Positions 1-11,154 of a DNA stretch of 64,000 nucleotides are shown here, in pieces; within the stretch, counting starts at the first letter, position 1; every line of letters starts with the position of its first letter. The DNA is from Octopus vulgaris (taxonomy: Eukaryota). The translations under genes and the position numbers were made by a program. The notes under the pieces are model-generated. The model saw only the letters and a program-made list of their open reading frames with translations, had not been told where the DNA came from and searched no databases. The stretch is taken from NCBI GenBank assembly GCA_951406725.2, contig OX597831.1, positions 27,156,001 through 27,220,000 on the forward strand. Reading direction: 5' to 3'.

Positions 1-159
1 GTTTGCACTTACTTCAGCAGCTATGCACCAACCATAGTTGCATATGAAAACATTGCTTACAAATCCTTTGATGTTAGTGGCTACGGCAAACTGAATAGGC
101 CAATTTGCATATCTAACGCTTCCTACACAGCCAGTTTGAATATTAAGTTATTATATAAT

Positions 160-840
160 TCGCGTGGCTTTGTAGTCAGGATGTTGCTTTGACGATCGTA
201 AGGTTGTGGTTTCGATTCTTATTTCTTTATTGCCCACAAGGGGCAAACAAGGACAGATAAAGGGAACAAACAAGGACAGATAAAGGGATTGAGTCGATTA
301 CATCGACCACAGTGCGCAACTGGTACTAATTTAATCGACCCCCAAAAGGATGAAAGGCAAAGTCGACCTCGGCGGAATTTGAACTCAGAACGTAGCGGTA
401 AACGAAATACCAATTTCTTTACTGCCCACAAGGGGCTAAACACAGAGAGGACAAACAAGGACAGACAAACGGATTAAGTCGATTACATCGACCCCAGTGC
501 GTAACTGGTACTTAATTTAGCGATCCCGAAAGGATGAAAGGCAAAGTCGACCTCGGCGGAATTTGAACTCAGAACCTAACGGCAGACGAAATACGGCTAC
601 GCATTTCGCCCGGCGCGCTAACGTTTCTGCCAGCTCGCCTTTTTTCTCTTCTTTTTTGTAGTTTCGATTCCTAGAGAGGGCGATGCGCTGTGTTTTAAGT
701 AAAATACCCCGTTTCACGTTTCTCCATTCCACTCAACTGGCAAAACTGAGCAATCCTTCCACAGACCGCTGTCCCGTGGATGAGGGGAATATGTCCGGGG
801 AAAGCAACCTTGTGAACCTATGGCCCAGGAAGGGACTATG
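160..840 (+). mobile_element. Degenerate tRNA-derived SINE (type D-like head and body) split by SINE-B insertions
   Basis: Head cgcgtggctttgtagtcagg...gtttcgattc at 160-218; body resumes at about 655; ttgt(g/a)gtttcgattc is duplicated on both sides of the insert (TSD-like). Confidence 0.55.
219..640 (-). mobile_element. Two tandem SINE-B copies (tRNA-like head plus GCCTTTCATCCTTTCGGGGTCGATAAA central domain)
   Basis: Reverse complement of the family seen at 1517, 45912 and 61943; the central motif resembles the Meta-domain of MetaSINEs (from memory). Confidence 0.85.
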
Positions 841-867
841 ATACTTTTTTAAAAAAATTTTATAATA

Positions 868-1243
868 GGCTCAGGAGTGGCTGTGTGGTAAGTAGCTTGC
901 TTACCAACCACATGGTTTCGGGGTCAGTCCCACTGCGTGGCACCTTGGGCAAGTGTCTTCTACTATAGCCTCGGGCCGACCAAAGCCTTGTGAGTGGATT
1001 TGGTAGATGGAAACTGAAAGAAGCCCGTCGTATATATGTATATATATATATACGCGTGTCTGTGTTTGTCACCGATGCTGGTGTGTTTATGTTCCCGTTA
1101 CTTAGCGGTTCGGCAAAAGGGACCGATAGAATAAGTACTGGGCTTACAAAAGAATAAGTCCCAGGGTCGAGTTCATCGATTAAAGGCGGTGCTCCAGCAT
1201 GGCCCCAGTCAAATGACTGAAACAAGTAAAAGAGTAAAAGAGT
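868..1243 (+). mobile_element. SINE-A, full length (tRNA-derived, internal TA/TG microsatellite, (AAAGAGT)n tail)
   Basis: A-box-like TGGCTGTGTGG, B-box-like GGGTCAGTCC, tail ...gactgaaacaagtaaaagagtaaaagag; more than 15 copies in the window. Confidence 0.9.
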
Positions 1244-1516
1244 AATTCATTACAGTAACGAAGCGAAACCCTAGTAGCTTACAAATATGCACACACACCT
1301 ACACGCTAGTAATACACACACGCACATACTTCAGTAATGCAAACACACACATACACCAGTGACGCGCGCGTACACGCACACATATCAACAATGCATAGAA
1401 ACACCGATGGTGCAGACACCCAGACATACACACCAGTTGTACGCACGCATACGCCAGTAAAACACACACACATATGCACAAGTAATACACACACACGCAT
1501 ATACATACCAGCAATG

Positions 1517-1760
1517 CTGGCAGACACGTTAGCGCGCCGGGCGAAATGCTTAGCGGTATTTCGTCTGTCGTTACGTTCTGAGTTCAAATTCCGCCGAGGT
1601 CAACTTTGCCTTTCATCCTTTCGGGGTCGATAAATAAAGTACCAATTTCGCATTGGGGTCGATATAATCGACTCAATCCCTTCGTCTGTCCTTGTTTGTC
1701 GCCTCTGTGTTTAGCCCCCTCTGTGTTTAGCCCCCTTGTGGGCAGTAAAGTAAAGAAATA
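1517..1760 (+). mobile_element. SINE-B
   Basis: gctggcag...gagttcaaattccgccgaggtc...gcctttcatcctttcggggtcgataaa...gggcagtaaag. Confidence 0.85.
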
Positions 1761-2075
1761 TATACATACCAGCAATGCACACACACGCACACACACACGC
1801 ATACACACACACATCACATCACACACACCAGTAATGCATACACACACGCACACGCACACATCACATCACACCACACATATATACACAGCTTGGAGAAGAA
1901 GTATGGGTTCCGCTAGATTAAATAAATCCCAAATATACGAGTCCATAACTAAGAGGAAAGTCATTGAAAAGGTTGCCAGCAACGAAAGAGCTTTGACAAA
2001 CAAAAACAAAGCAAACGACTTACTGCTTAACCAAATTAAACAAACAATCGTTAGTTAGTTGGATATTTAACTAAT

Positions 2076-2506
2076 GGACTAATTTAGCGACCCCGAAAGG
2101 ATGAAAGGCAAAGTCGACCTCGGCGGAATTTGAACTCAGAACCTAACGGCAGACGAAATACGGCTACGCATTTCATCCGGCGCGCTAACGTTTCTGCCAG
2201 CTCGCCTTTTTTTTTCTTTTTTTTTTTTTGTAGTTTCGATTCTTATAAAGGGGTGGAATTGAACCTGTGCATGTGTTAATAATCCCTTCTACTCTTTTCT
2301 ACTAAAGGCACAAGGCCTGAAATTTTGGAGAAGGGGGACTAGTCGATTACATCGACACAAGTACCCCACTGGTTCTTAATTTATCCACTCCGCAAGGACG
2401 AAAGCAAAAGTCGACCTCGGCGGAATTTGAACTCAGAACGTAAAGACGGACGAAATGCCCCTAAGCATTTCGTCCGGCGAGCTAATGATTCTGCCAGCTC
2501 ACCGCC
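2076..2506 (-). mobile_element. Two SINE-B copies (2076-2206 partial, 2278-2506)
   Basis: Match to the SINE-B consensus; 2076-2250 also duplicates 510-680, including the flank. Confidence 0.8.
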
Positions 2507-2894
2507 TTAGTGTGTGTTAATAATAGTTGATATAATGGCTCTCTCTAGACGCAACAAAATACTCTATAAGATTATCCAGTATTATCCGTACAGCCCAATG
2601 GGTAATGGCCCTTTTACCTGCCTTTCGCTCATCCATGACCCCTTTTGTAAGGCAAATCGTCTGTCCTATTTTTATTTTTTGGTTTTCAAATCCAATCACA
2701 GACCCACCCACTCCAACACTTATCGTTTATCTTTACACAAAGATGATGGTACTTCAATTGAGGAGTATATCTGATGTTGTTTGATTGACTCGCCCCTTCA
2801 CAGAACGGAATTGGGTCGGGTCAAGTGACTTGACATTAAATACGAATAGATATGACAGGTAGACAGATAGACAGCCAGCAGCAGCAACAGCAGC

Positions 2895-3080
2895 GGAGGC
2901 GCAATGGTCCAGTGGTTAGGGCAGCGGACTCGCTGTCGTAAGAACGCAGTTTCGATTCCCAGACCGGGCATTGTGAGTGTTTATTGAGCGAAAACATCTA
3001 AGCTCAATGAGGCTTCGGCGATGGTGGGGGGGTTGAACCCCGCTGTACTCTTTCACCACAACTTTCTCTCACTCTTTCGT
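2895..3080 (+). mobile_element. SINE-C, 5' half (tRNA-like head)
   Basis: ggaggcgcaatggtccagtggttagggcagcggactcgc...gtttcgattccc; homologous to 24082, 33223, 61179 and 62768. Confidence 0.8.
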
Positions 3081-3219
3081 CCTACTTCTACCACAAAGCA
3101 GAGGAACCATGGTGTAACCCACTATGGTATGGTAAACTTTCAGAATACTATGTACCCCGGGATGGTTCAGCTCTCCACCCGTTAAAAGCCACCGTTTACG
3201 GAATGAGGATAACAACGTA

Positions 3220-4510
3220 CGAGGGGCGTTCAATAAGTAATGCCTCTGACCCACTTGCAGTTGTTTGATCTAGCTGAAACTTTGCATGTGCAATTATTTA
3301 TACCTCTATAGATTAAGTGGCAAATTACAGCTCTGAACTAATTGTGGTTTCCGATTTACAGGTGTTTGAACTGAGTCAAGTGTGAAATGGAGCATGTTGA
3401 GTGTCGACCAGTGATCCGGTTTTTGTATTTGAAAGGACGTACACCACGGGAGACTTTTGATGAAATAAAAGTAACTTATGGTGATGATGCCCCATCATAT
3501 GACCTTGTAAAACGCTGGCATCGTGAATTCAAACATGGTCGGAACTCTGTGGAAATAGCTCCCAGATCTGGTCGCCCCCTTCTGCCATTGATGAGGCATC
3601 TGTCTGTCAAGTTGAGGCTGCCATTTTGGAAGATCGACGCATAACTATTCGCCAAATAGTCCATGAGGTCAAGATTAGTACCGGGTCTGTGGAAACTATC
3701 ATTCATGACCATTTGCATATGCAAAAGGTGTCTGCCAGATGGATTCCCAGGCTGCTCACACCTTTCCAGAAGCAAGAACGCGTCGATTGCTCGTGGATGA
3801 ATTTGGAGATGTGCCAAGAAGATGAGTCAAAATTTTTCAAAAGACTGATTGCATAGGATAAAACCTGGGTCCATCACTATGATCCAGAGACCAAAGCCCA
3901 GTCAATGCAGTGGAAGCACCGTGACTCACCTCCTCCAAAGAAGGCAAGGGTGCAGCCCTCCGCTGGCAAGGTCATGCTTACAGTCTTCTGGGACCAGGAC
4001 GGAGTAGTGAAGACAGATTTCCTGGCAAAGGGTGCCACAATTACAGGAGTCTATTATGCTTCACTTTTGAGGAAATTAAGAGAAGCTATCAAAATCAAGA
4101 GGCGGGGCAAGATCAGCAAAGGCATCCTCCTCCTGCAGGACAACGCTCCGATCCACAACTCGCGTGTCGCCAGATCAGAAGCACAGGCGTGCGGCTATGA
4201 ACTCATCCCCCACCCCCCTACACTCCTGACCTTGCACCCTCTGATTTTCACCTCTTCCCAGCCATGAAGTTGTTTTTGAAAGGAAAGCGTTTCCCAGATG
4301 ATGCAGCCTTGATTTCTGAAGTCACGTTGAGGTTGGAGGACCAAGCTATGTTCTTCTACAAAAACGGTCTCCAGAGCTGCATCAAACGATGGGAGAAATG
4401 CGTAACTCTGGGTGGTTCCTATGTAGAAAAAGACTAATAACTGTGCCAAGTTTCGTTGCTCTACTACTATGGGAAGTGGGCCAGGGGCATTACTTATTGA
4501 ACGCCCCTCG
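3220..4510 (+). mobile_element. Full-length mariner (Tc1/mariner) DNA transposon, about 1.29 kb
   Basis: TIRs cgaggggcgttcaataagtaatgcc / ggcattacttattgaacgcccctcg; TA TSD at 3218-3219 and 4511-4512. Confidence 0.95.
3387..4437 (+). pseudogene. Mariner transposase pseudogene (frameshifts and an in-frame stop)
   Basis: HTH N-terminus (FLYLKG...VKRWHREFK...PRSGRP), WIPRLL (WVPHEL-like), DKTWVHHYDPE, LLQDNAPIH, frameshifted HPPYSPDLAPSDF motif; split over ORFs 3387, 3626 and 3905. Confidence 0.92.
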
Positions 4511-4667
4511 TAGTTTTCGCGCCCGTGCAACCGCCAGTTTATCGCGTGTGGTGGGTGGATCTTCAAGTTGCCACACGCATTCTTAGTAGCTTAGAGTAGG
4601 CTCGAATTAGAGATTATTCTTTGTGGCTAATGGCGTGAGTCCTGATTGGAAGAAGAGAAGAAGCAGC

Positions 4668-4668
4668 T

Positions 4669-4730
<62 letters not shown>

Positions 4731-4743
4731 TGCGGTAGTGGTG

Positions 4744-4792
<49 letters not shown>

Positions 4793-4830
4793 CGGTGATG
4801 GTGGCGGCAGCGGCGACGGTGGTGGTGGTA
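4668..4830. repeat. (TAG)n/(TGG)n trinucleotide microsatellite
   Basis: Direct inspection. Confidence 0.95.
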
Positions 4831-5013
4831 CTGCGTAGCCTCCTCTTGCGAACGTTTCGGCGAATTTCTGCCAGAAAATTGCCACACGGCATCAGAGAAC
4901 ACGCGTTCGCCGTGGTTCGTTAGAAACTGGAATGCAACTTTGCTGCCATGTCGCGCCTGTGCCACCCGGGACCATTATTACACGCCTGTGGTGCTTGTGC
5001 TTTCGTATTTCAG

Positions 5014-5073
5014 GCACTCGTGCTCTAGTACAAATAATGCCTCCTTCGTTTTTTGGCGTCAAAGAAATGGCTG
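5014..5073 (+). CDS. Candidate 60-nt internal or start-codon exon of an unidentified gene
   Basis: Acceptor tttcgtatttcag|g, donor ctg|gtgagg, length divisible by 3, open in two phases, lies in a unique CpG-containing island; no homology recognised. Confidence 0.3.
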
Positions 5074-5414
5074 GTGAGGCCGGCCATTCTCATCGCCAGC
5101 ACGTCGTTTGTGACGTGTCTTTCTTTCTGTTCACTTGATGAAAACTCAACGCCTATGATTATCCACCGCGATTTGTGTGGGTCTGTTATATGAAAACTGA
5201 CCCAGGGTTAAACAACAGCAATCTTTCTGTTTCTTATTGCCAAAGAAGAGTAGGTGCTGTCTTTATATGTAGGACGAGGTCAACAGTCTGGTTTGTCCAT
5301 ACGTGTGATAGAGTAATCAAACGAGGGAATTATGCTATCGACCTTCCAGACATAGAAGCTAAGTTTCCCTCATATCACACATAACTGTCTATGAAAAAAA
5401 AAAAAAAGAAAACG

Positions 5415-5888
5415 GGCGCATGCGTGGTTGTTGTGTGGTAAGAAGTTGACTCTGCAACTGCATGGTTCCGGGTTCAGTTCTCCTGCGTGGCATCATGGGC
5501 GTGTGAATTCTGCAATAGCCTCGGTTCGACCGAAGCCTTGAGAATGGATTTGATTGACGGAAACTGAAGCCTGTCGCGCGCTCACACACACACACACACG
5601 TATGTATTATGTATGCATGTGTGTGTGTGTGTGTGTGTGGTGTATGTGCGCACGCGTTTGTGTGTGTCTTTGTGTCTGTATTTGCCCACCACCACTGCTT
5701 GACAACTGACGTTGGTTTATTTACGTCCCTGAAACGTACCTGTTTGGTGAAAGAAACCGATAGAATACGTTTTAGCAGGCTTTAAAAAAAATAGTGGGGT
5801 CGATTTGTTCGACTAAAATTCTTCAGAGCAGTGCCCCAGCATGGCCGCGAGTCTAGTAACTGAAACACGCGAAAGATAAAAGATAAAA
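5415..5888 (+). mobile_element. SINE-A, older diverged subfamily
   Basis: Same architecture as SINE-A with many substitutions and an (AAGAT)n tail. Confidence 0.8.
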
Positions 5889-6170
5889 TATAACAGGGCT
5901 GAATAAAAGACAGGATAGTCACGGCTGGAATAACTTTGATGACAAGTTCGTTTAATCAGAACTATCCGGACTGTCCTGGAACTAGCAGATTTACAATAAC
6001 AATTACTATGGCTTCAGAAGTCTGGGATTCTTCCGGATCTTCTGGGGTTTCTTTCTCATGCGAGACATGATTTTTCTCTGATTTTTTTTTCACGCGTAGC
6101 TTCTCACGCTAATTGCAAAAATTGGGATTTTTTCTTCTTTTCTCTCTTTTCTTTTTTCTTCTATCTTTCT

Positions 6171-6576
6171 TTATTCTTTTACTTGTTTCAGTCATTTGAC
6201 TGCGGCCATGCTGGAGCACCGCCTTTAGTCGAGCAAATCGACTTATTCTTTGTAAGCCTAGTACTTATTCTATCGGTCTCTTTTGCCGAACCGCTAAGTT
6301 ACGGAGACGTAAACACACCAGCATCGGTTGTCAAGCGATGGCGGTGTGACAAACACGGACACACAAACAAACACACACACACGCACACACACATACACAC
6401 ACACATATTTATACGACGGGCTTCTTTCAGTTTCCGTCTACCAAATCCACTCACAAGGCTTTGGCCGGCCTGAGGCTATAGTAGAAGACACTCGCCCAAG
6501 GTGCCATGCAGTGGGACTGAACCCAGAACCATGTGGTTGGTTAGCAAGCTCCTTACCACACAGCCACTCCTGCACC
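6171..6576 (-). mobile_element. SINE-A
   Basis: Reverse complement of 868-1243. Confidence 0.9.
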
Positions 6577-6686
6577 TATATATATATATTTTTTTTTTTT
6601 TTGAAAATTTAGAAATAAAAACCTATGAACTTTAAAAAATTGATTTTATAAGACATTTCTTTTTGGCAGGCGGATGGTAGAATTTC

Positions 6687-6800
6687 AGCCAATCAGATGC
6701 AGTCATTTTCGACAAATCCTACTCATTCCCACCAATGTAGATATCGATTTACGGGTTTCGTTAATGTCATTGTGTCTGGGAAAGGAATAACTATATAAGG
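6687..6800 (+). promoter_or_regulatory. Candidate Pol II core promoter (CCAAT boxes plus TATA)
   Basis: AGCCAATCAG at 6687-6696, CCAAT at 6732-6736 and TATATAAG at 6792-6799, in non-repetitive sequence. Confidence 0.3.
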
Positions 6801-6905
6801 TGATGTAAAGGTGGTTGGCGGTGTTATCACTACCGACTCCCCCTTTTTTTTTTTACTTCAGTAGACTAGCTTACAGAAGCAACAAGAACAATAGTTACTA
6901 CTATA

Positions 6906-7193
6906 CAGTGTAGCCTCAGTTTACGAATTTAACTAGTTCTGAACGCTGTTCGTTACCCGAAATGTTCGTAAACCGAAACTATTTTCCTCCTTAAGTAATT
7001 CGAGAGAACGCACAGCGAATTCGAACAGGAATGTGCACTGAGTGACAGGTAAACACTAACTGACGCTCTCCTACTCATACTCTTAGCTTGCTGCCAATCG
7101 TTGTGGCTGGTTTGCGCGTTCGTTACTCGAGACACCGTTCGTCACCCGAGACGTTATATGTTAAAAATTTGTTCGTAAACCGAGATTTCACTG
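6906..7193. mobile_element. Tigger/pogo-like MITE
   Basis: Imperfect TIRs cagtgtagcctcagtttacgaa / ttcgtaaaccgagatttcactg; TA on both flanks. Confidence 0.7.
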
Positions 7194-7273
7194 TAGTAAC
7201 AACGGCAACAGTAGTAACAAAAATAATCACCAACAACAAAAATTATAACAACCATTTCACACTTAGTAACGAA

Positions 7274-7592
7274 GGCACGTGGCTTAATGGGTAAGGTATT
7301 CGGTTCACGGTCGTAAATGCGTGAGTTCAATACTCAGCGGTACCTTGAGTCTCTTGCGCAAGACACTTTATTTCGCCTTGATCTAATCTACTCCGCTGGT
7401 TAAATGAGTTGCACCTGTAATTCAAAGGATCGATCTCGACATATTATGTGTCACGCTGAATATTTCGCTGGGAGCTACGTTAAGGGTACACATGTCTGCG
7501 GAATACTCAGCCACTTGTATCTTAATTTCACAAGCTCGCTGTTCGGTTGATCGAATCAACTGGAACACTCGTCGTCGTCGTAACCGACGGAG
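7274..7592 (+). mobile_element. SINE-D (tail Z)
   Basis: ggcacgtggcttaatgg...gagttcaatac...caagacacttta; tail ...cgtcgtcgtaaccgacggag; homologous to 40123 and 60822. Confidence 0.8.
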
Positions 7593-7959
7593 AACCAGGC
7601 TACTTAATAACAAACATAATAGCAACAACAATAACAACAACAATGACAACGAAATAAATGTAAAAAAGAAGAGGAAGAGAGAGAGAGAGAGGAAAGGAGG
7701 AAATCTAGTGGGGAGGGGGGAAGATGAAGATAAAAGAAGTGAAAGAGAGAGGTGGGGGGGAGATATTGCGTGATATCGAAGGACCGGAAATGGTGAATTG
7801 TTGAGGATTAACGGGAAATGTTTATCAGAACTACTTAACCGAGTAAATCTTGTTGAAGACGATGTCTTGAGTGTGATAAGGTGAGTGGTAAAGATAAAAA
7901 CACTTGACCTCACACCAGAACTTCCCTCCAGCTTCTCCCGTTTCCTTAACAGAGCTACC

Positions 7960-7974
7960 ATTCTTTCTTTCCTC

Positions 7975-8035
<61 letters not shown>

Positions 8036-8428
8036 TCCATTTTTTCTCTTTCTCTCTTTATTTCTTTCTTCCTTTCTTTATTTTTCTTTCTCCCTTTCTT
8101 TCTTCCTTTCTTCCTCCCTTTTTCTCTTTCTTTTTCTCTTTCTTTCCTCCTTTCTTTCTTTTTCTTTTTCTCCCTTTCTTTCTTCCTCCCTTTTTCTCTT
8201 TCTCTCTTTCTTTCTTTCCTTTTCTCTTCTTTCTTTCTTTTTTCCCTCCACTTTTCTCTTTCTCTCTTTCTTCTTTCTTTCTTCCTTTCTTCTTCTCTTT
8301 CTTTATCTCTCTCTCTCCCTCTTTCTTTCTTTCTTTCTTTCTTCCTTTCTTCTTCTTCTTCTCTTTCTTTCTCTCTCTCTCCCTCTTTCTTTCTCTCTCT
8401 CTCTCCCTCTTTCTTTCTTTCTTTCTTC

Positions 8429-8461
<33 letters not shown>

Positions 8462-8500
8462 TTTTTTCTCTCTCTTTCTTTCTTTCTTTCTTTTTTTGCT
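7960..8500. repeat. Polypyrimidine (CTTT)n-type low-complexity tract
   Basis: About 540 nt of almost only C and T. Confidence 0.95.
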
Positions 8501-10246
8501 TCATTTATATTCCCACTGGCTCGGTCTACGTAACCGCAACCCGATTCAATAAGACAGCTTCTACGAGACTGCTCAACCTGCTGGAAAATAGTAACTAAAT
8601 CTCTCTCGAATCGCACCCTGCCGACTCAGAAAAGCAGACATAGTGTGAATAATGTAATCAAAGGTTCATTACTGATAGGAAAAAAAAGTCGGTAGAGTTA
8701 CGGCTGGAACACCCTTGATCATAGGCCTGCTGGACAATGGGCTAGCATGCGACAAAACCCTATTTCACGGCATAAAAGACACACAGGCATATTAGATGAA
8801 CCTTAATTTCAGCAACGCATCTTAAGGAGAATGGCTTTTAATGCATTAAAGCTTATAGGAGGCCCTACTTCGCATATAGGATCCAGAGTGGCATTTTTGA
8901 GACATTTTTGGGGAAAAGACGCATCTTATATGCCATCGAATACGATAGCTGCCACTAGGAAACACATGGGGCATTCCTCACTGTGAAATGAAGGTTTCTT
9001 AAGATTATAGGGATGTCAAAAATTTTAGGGCTCGGAAATGTTCGATGGCTTTTAGGAAATCTTTTGTGTCAATATTTGTTAAAATGTTGCTTGTTTAGAT
9101 ATTGCCAATGATGGAGATAGCGGTAGGGCAGATGCGAAGATGTTTATATGTGTTAAGATATGATACAACATACAGGTGGGACCAAGGGGGTAATATGTGG
9201 GATTATGTGAGAATAGCTTTATATAAGATATGCTAAATATAGGTAAAGTATAATAGCCATCTCAATATGGCTAACCACAAAGGGGGTGGTGGTGTTACTG
9301 TAGCTTTTTAGCCCCAGGAGATCATCATCTCCAGCTGGCTTTAGGCACACTATCTGTGCCCTTATTGTAACACCCTCTTTGTGGTTAGCCATATTGAGAT
9401 GACTATTATACTTTACATTGTCGAGCGATTACTGTTTACATCTCGTTCTGAGATTTAATAATGCTAAATATAGGGTCCATGAGCAAATAGGCCCCACATG
9501 TATATATGTGGAGTTGATCCCTTCTTGTGAGCTACGGCCATAATTTATACAAGAAATAAAATGCAAAGTCGTATTCATAAAGAAAAGTTCTAACTAACCA
9601 TGACACTTGTTTCAAACTTTTGCATTACTTCATTGCTGTTCAGCAACTGCCTTAGTACTTTTCTCATACAGTTTCCGCCCTATTCCGCTTAAATACTTTC
9701 ATATGTTGTACATTTACCCGGTGCTAAACATTGCCACTCTACGACAGTTCTTGGCGAATTTAAATATCTTCAAATCTAGTCTTAATATTTACGCTCAAAT
9801 GCATTTCGTCTGTCTTCATGTTCTGAGTTCAATTTCTGCCGAGATCGATTTTTGCCTTTCATCCTTCAGGGGTTGATAAAATGAGTAAATGAGTGCCAGT
9901 TGAGCACCGGCGTCTATGAGATCGACTTACTTCATCTCCCGAAATTGCTGGCCTTGTGCCAACATTTGGAACCTTTAAATTCTGTTGAAGTCGAATTTTC
10001 CGTTCATCCTTTCGAAGTCGATAAAATAAGTACCAGTTGAACACTAGGGTCGATGTAATCGACGAGTCCTTGCACCTGAAATTGCAGGCCTTGTGCCAAA
10101 GTATGAAATCAATATTTACGTTCGAATAAATCGTTATGCTTTGAAATTTGGGTTAGTAAGGCCCTCAAACTGAATTTTTCTAAACTATCTCCATGCTTTT
10201 CTATAGTGTTTTATAGTCACGCTCTATCTATCTATCTAACTATCTA

Positions 10247-10319
<73 letters not shown>

Positions 10320-10492
10320 TCTTTTTATTTTTATTCTATTTTTTTTGTTTTTTTTTTGTTCTTTTCTTCCCTTTTACGATCCCTCTTGATCGAAAACCTA
10401 CGCCACCCCCTTTTTTTCATCCCCCAAAAGAAAAGCTCTACCTTGTAACTTGTCCCATCTGTGTGCAGCCCTGTGTGGCCAATAAAGAAACT
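10320..10492 (+). mobile_element. 5'-truncated non-LTR retroelement 3' end embedded in (TATC)n
   Basis: Homologous to 36545-36712; ends ...agccctgtgtggccaataaagaaa. Confidence 0.65.
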
Positions 10493-10547
10493 TATCTAAC
10501 TGTCTGTCTGTCTGTCTGTCTATTTGTCTATCTATCTGTCTGTCTAT

Positions 10548-10605
<58 letters not shown>

Positions 10606-10635
10606 GTCTGTCTGTCTGTCTGTCTATCAATCTAC

Positions 10636-10670
<35 letters not shown>

Positions 10671-10686
10671 GCTATCTATCTATCTA

Positions 10687-10724
<38 letters not shown>

Positions 10725-10735
10725 ATCTATCTATC

Positions 10736-10798
<63 letters not shown>

Positions 10799-11154
10799 GT
10801 TCTGTCTGTGTGTCTTTCTGTTTGTCTATTTGTCTATCCAAAGAAGGAATTGACATCCGGCGCCAAAACAATGCTTCAGTATATTCCCATATTACCATGG
10901 AAAACCGACTTAAAACGGATGAACTAATATATCTACTTATATATATTAGCGTATATGTGTGTGCGTGTATGTGCGTGCGTATACTACACACATGAGTGAG
11001 TGGGTAAACGAAAGTAAGTGGTACTTAATGGAGGTGTGTCAAACTTTTTTAAAATATGTGTGTATATATACATACATGTGTGTGTGTTTGTGTGTGTTTC
11101 TTTGAATTTTATTTTAGTTCTTAATAAAGTTCAAAGCGACAAGACTCTTTCAGA

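Noticed and set aside
860-1225. Recurrent ORFs such as [14 protein letters not shown]... and [18 protein letters not shown]...
   Set aside because: Antisense translations of SINE-A copies, not a gene family
7831-8616. Long K/E/R-rich and F/L/S-rich ORFs (up to 261 aa)
   Set aside because: Read-through of a (CTTT)n tract lacking stop codons; no real protein features
10845-10899. Paralogous mini-ORFs [14 protein letters not shown] / MGIWDYNEALFWRR on the minus strand
   Set aside because: Differences between the copies are non-synonymous and the frames run into microsatellites; no sign of coding constraint
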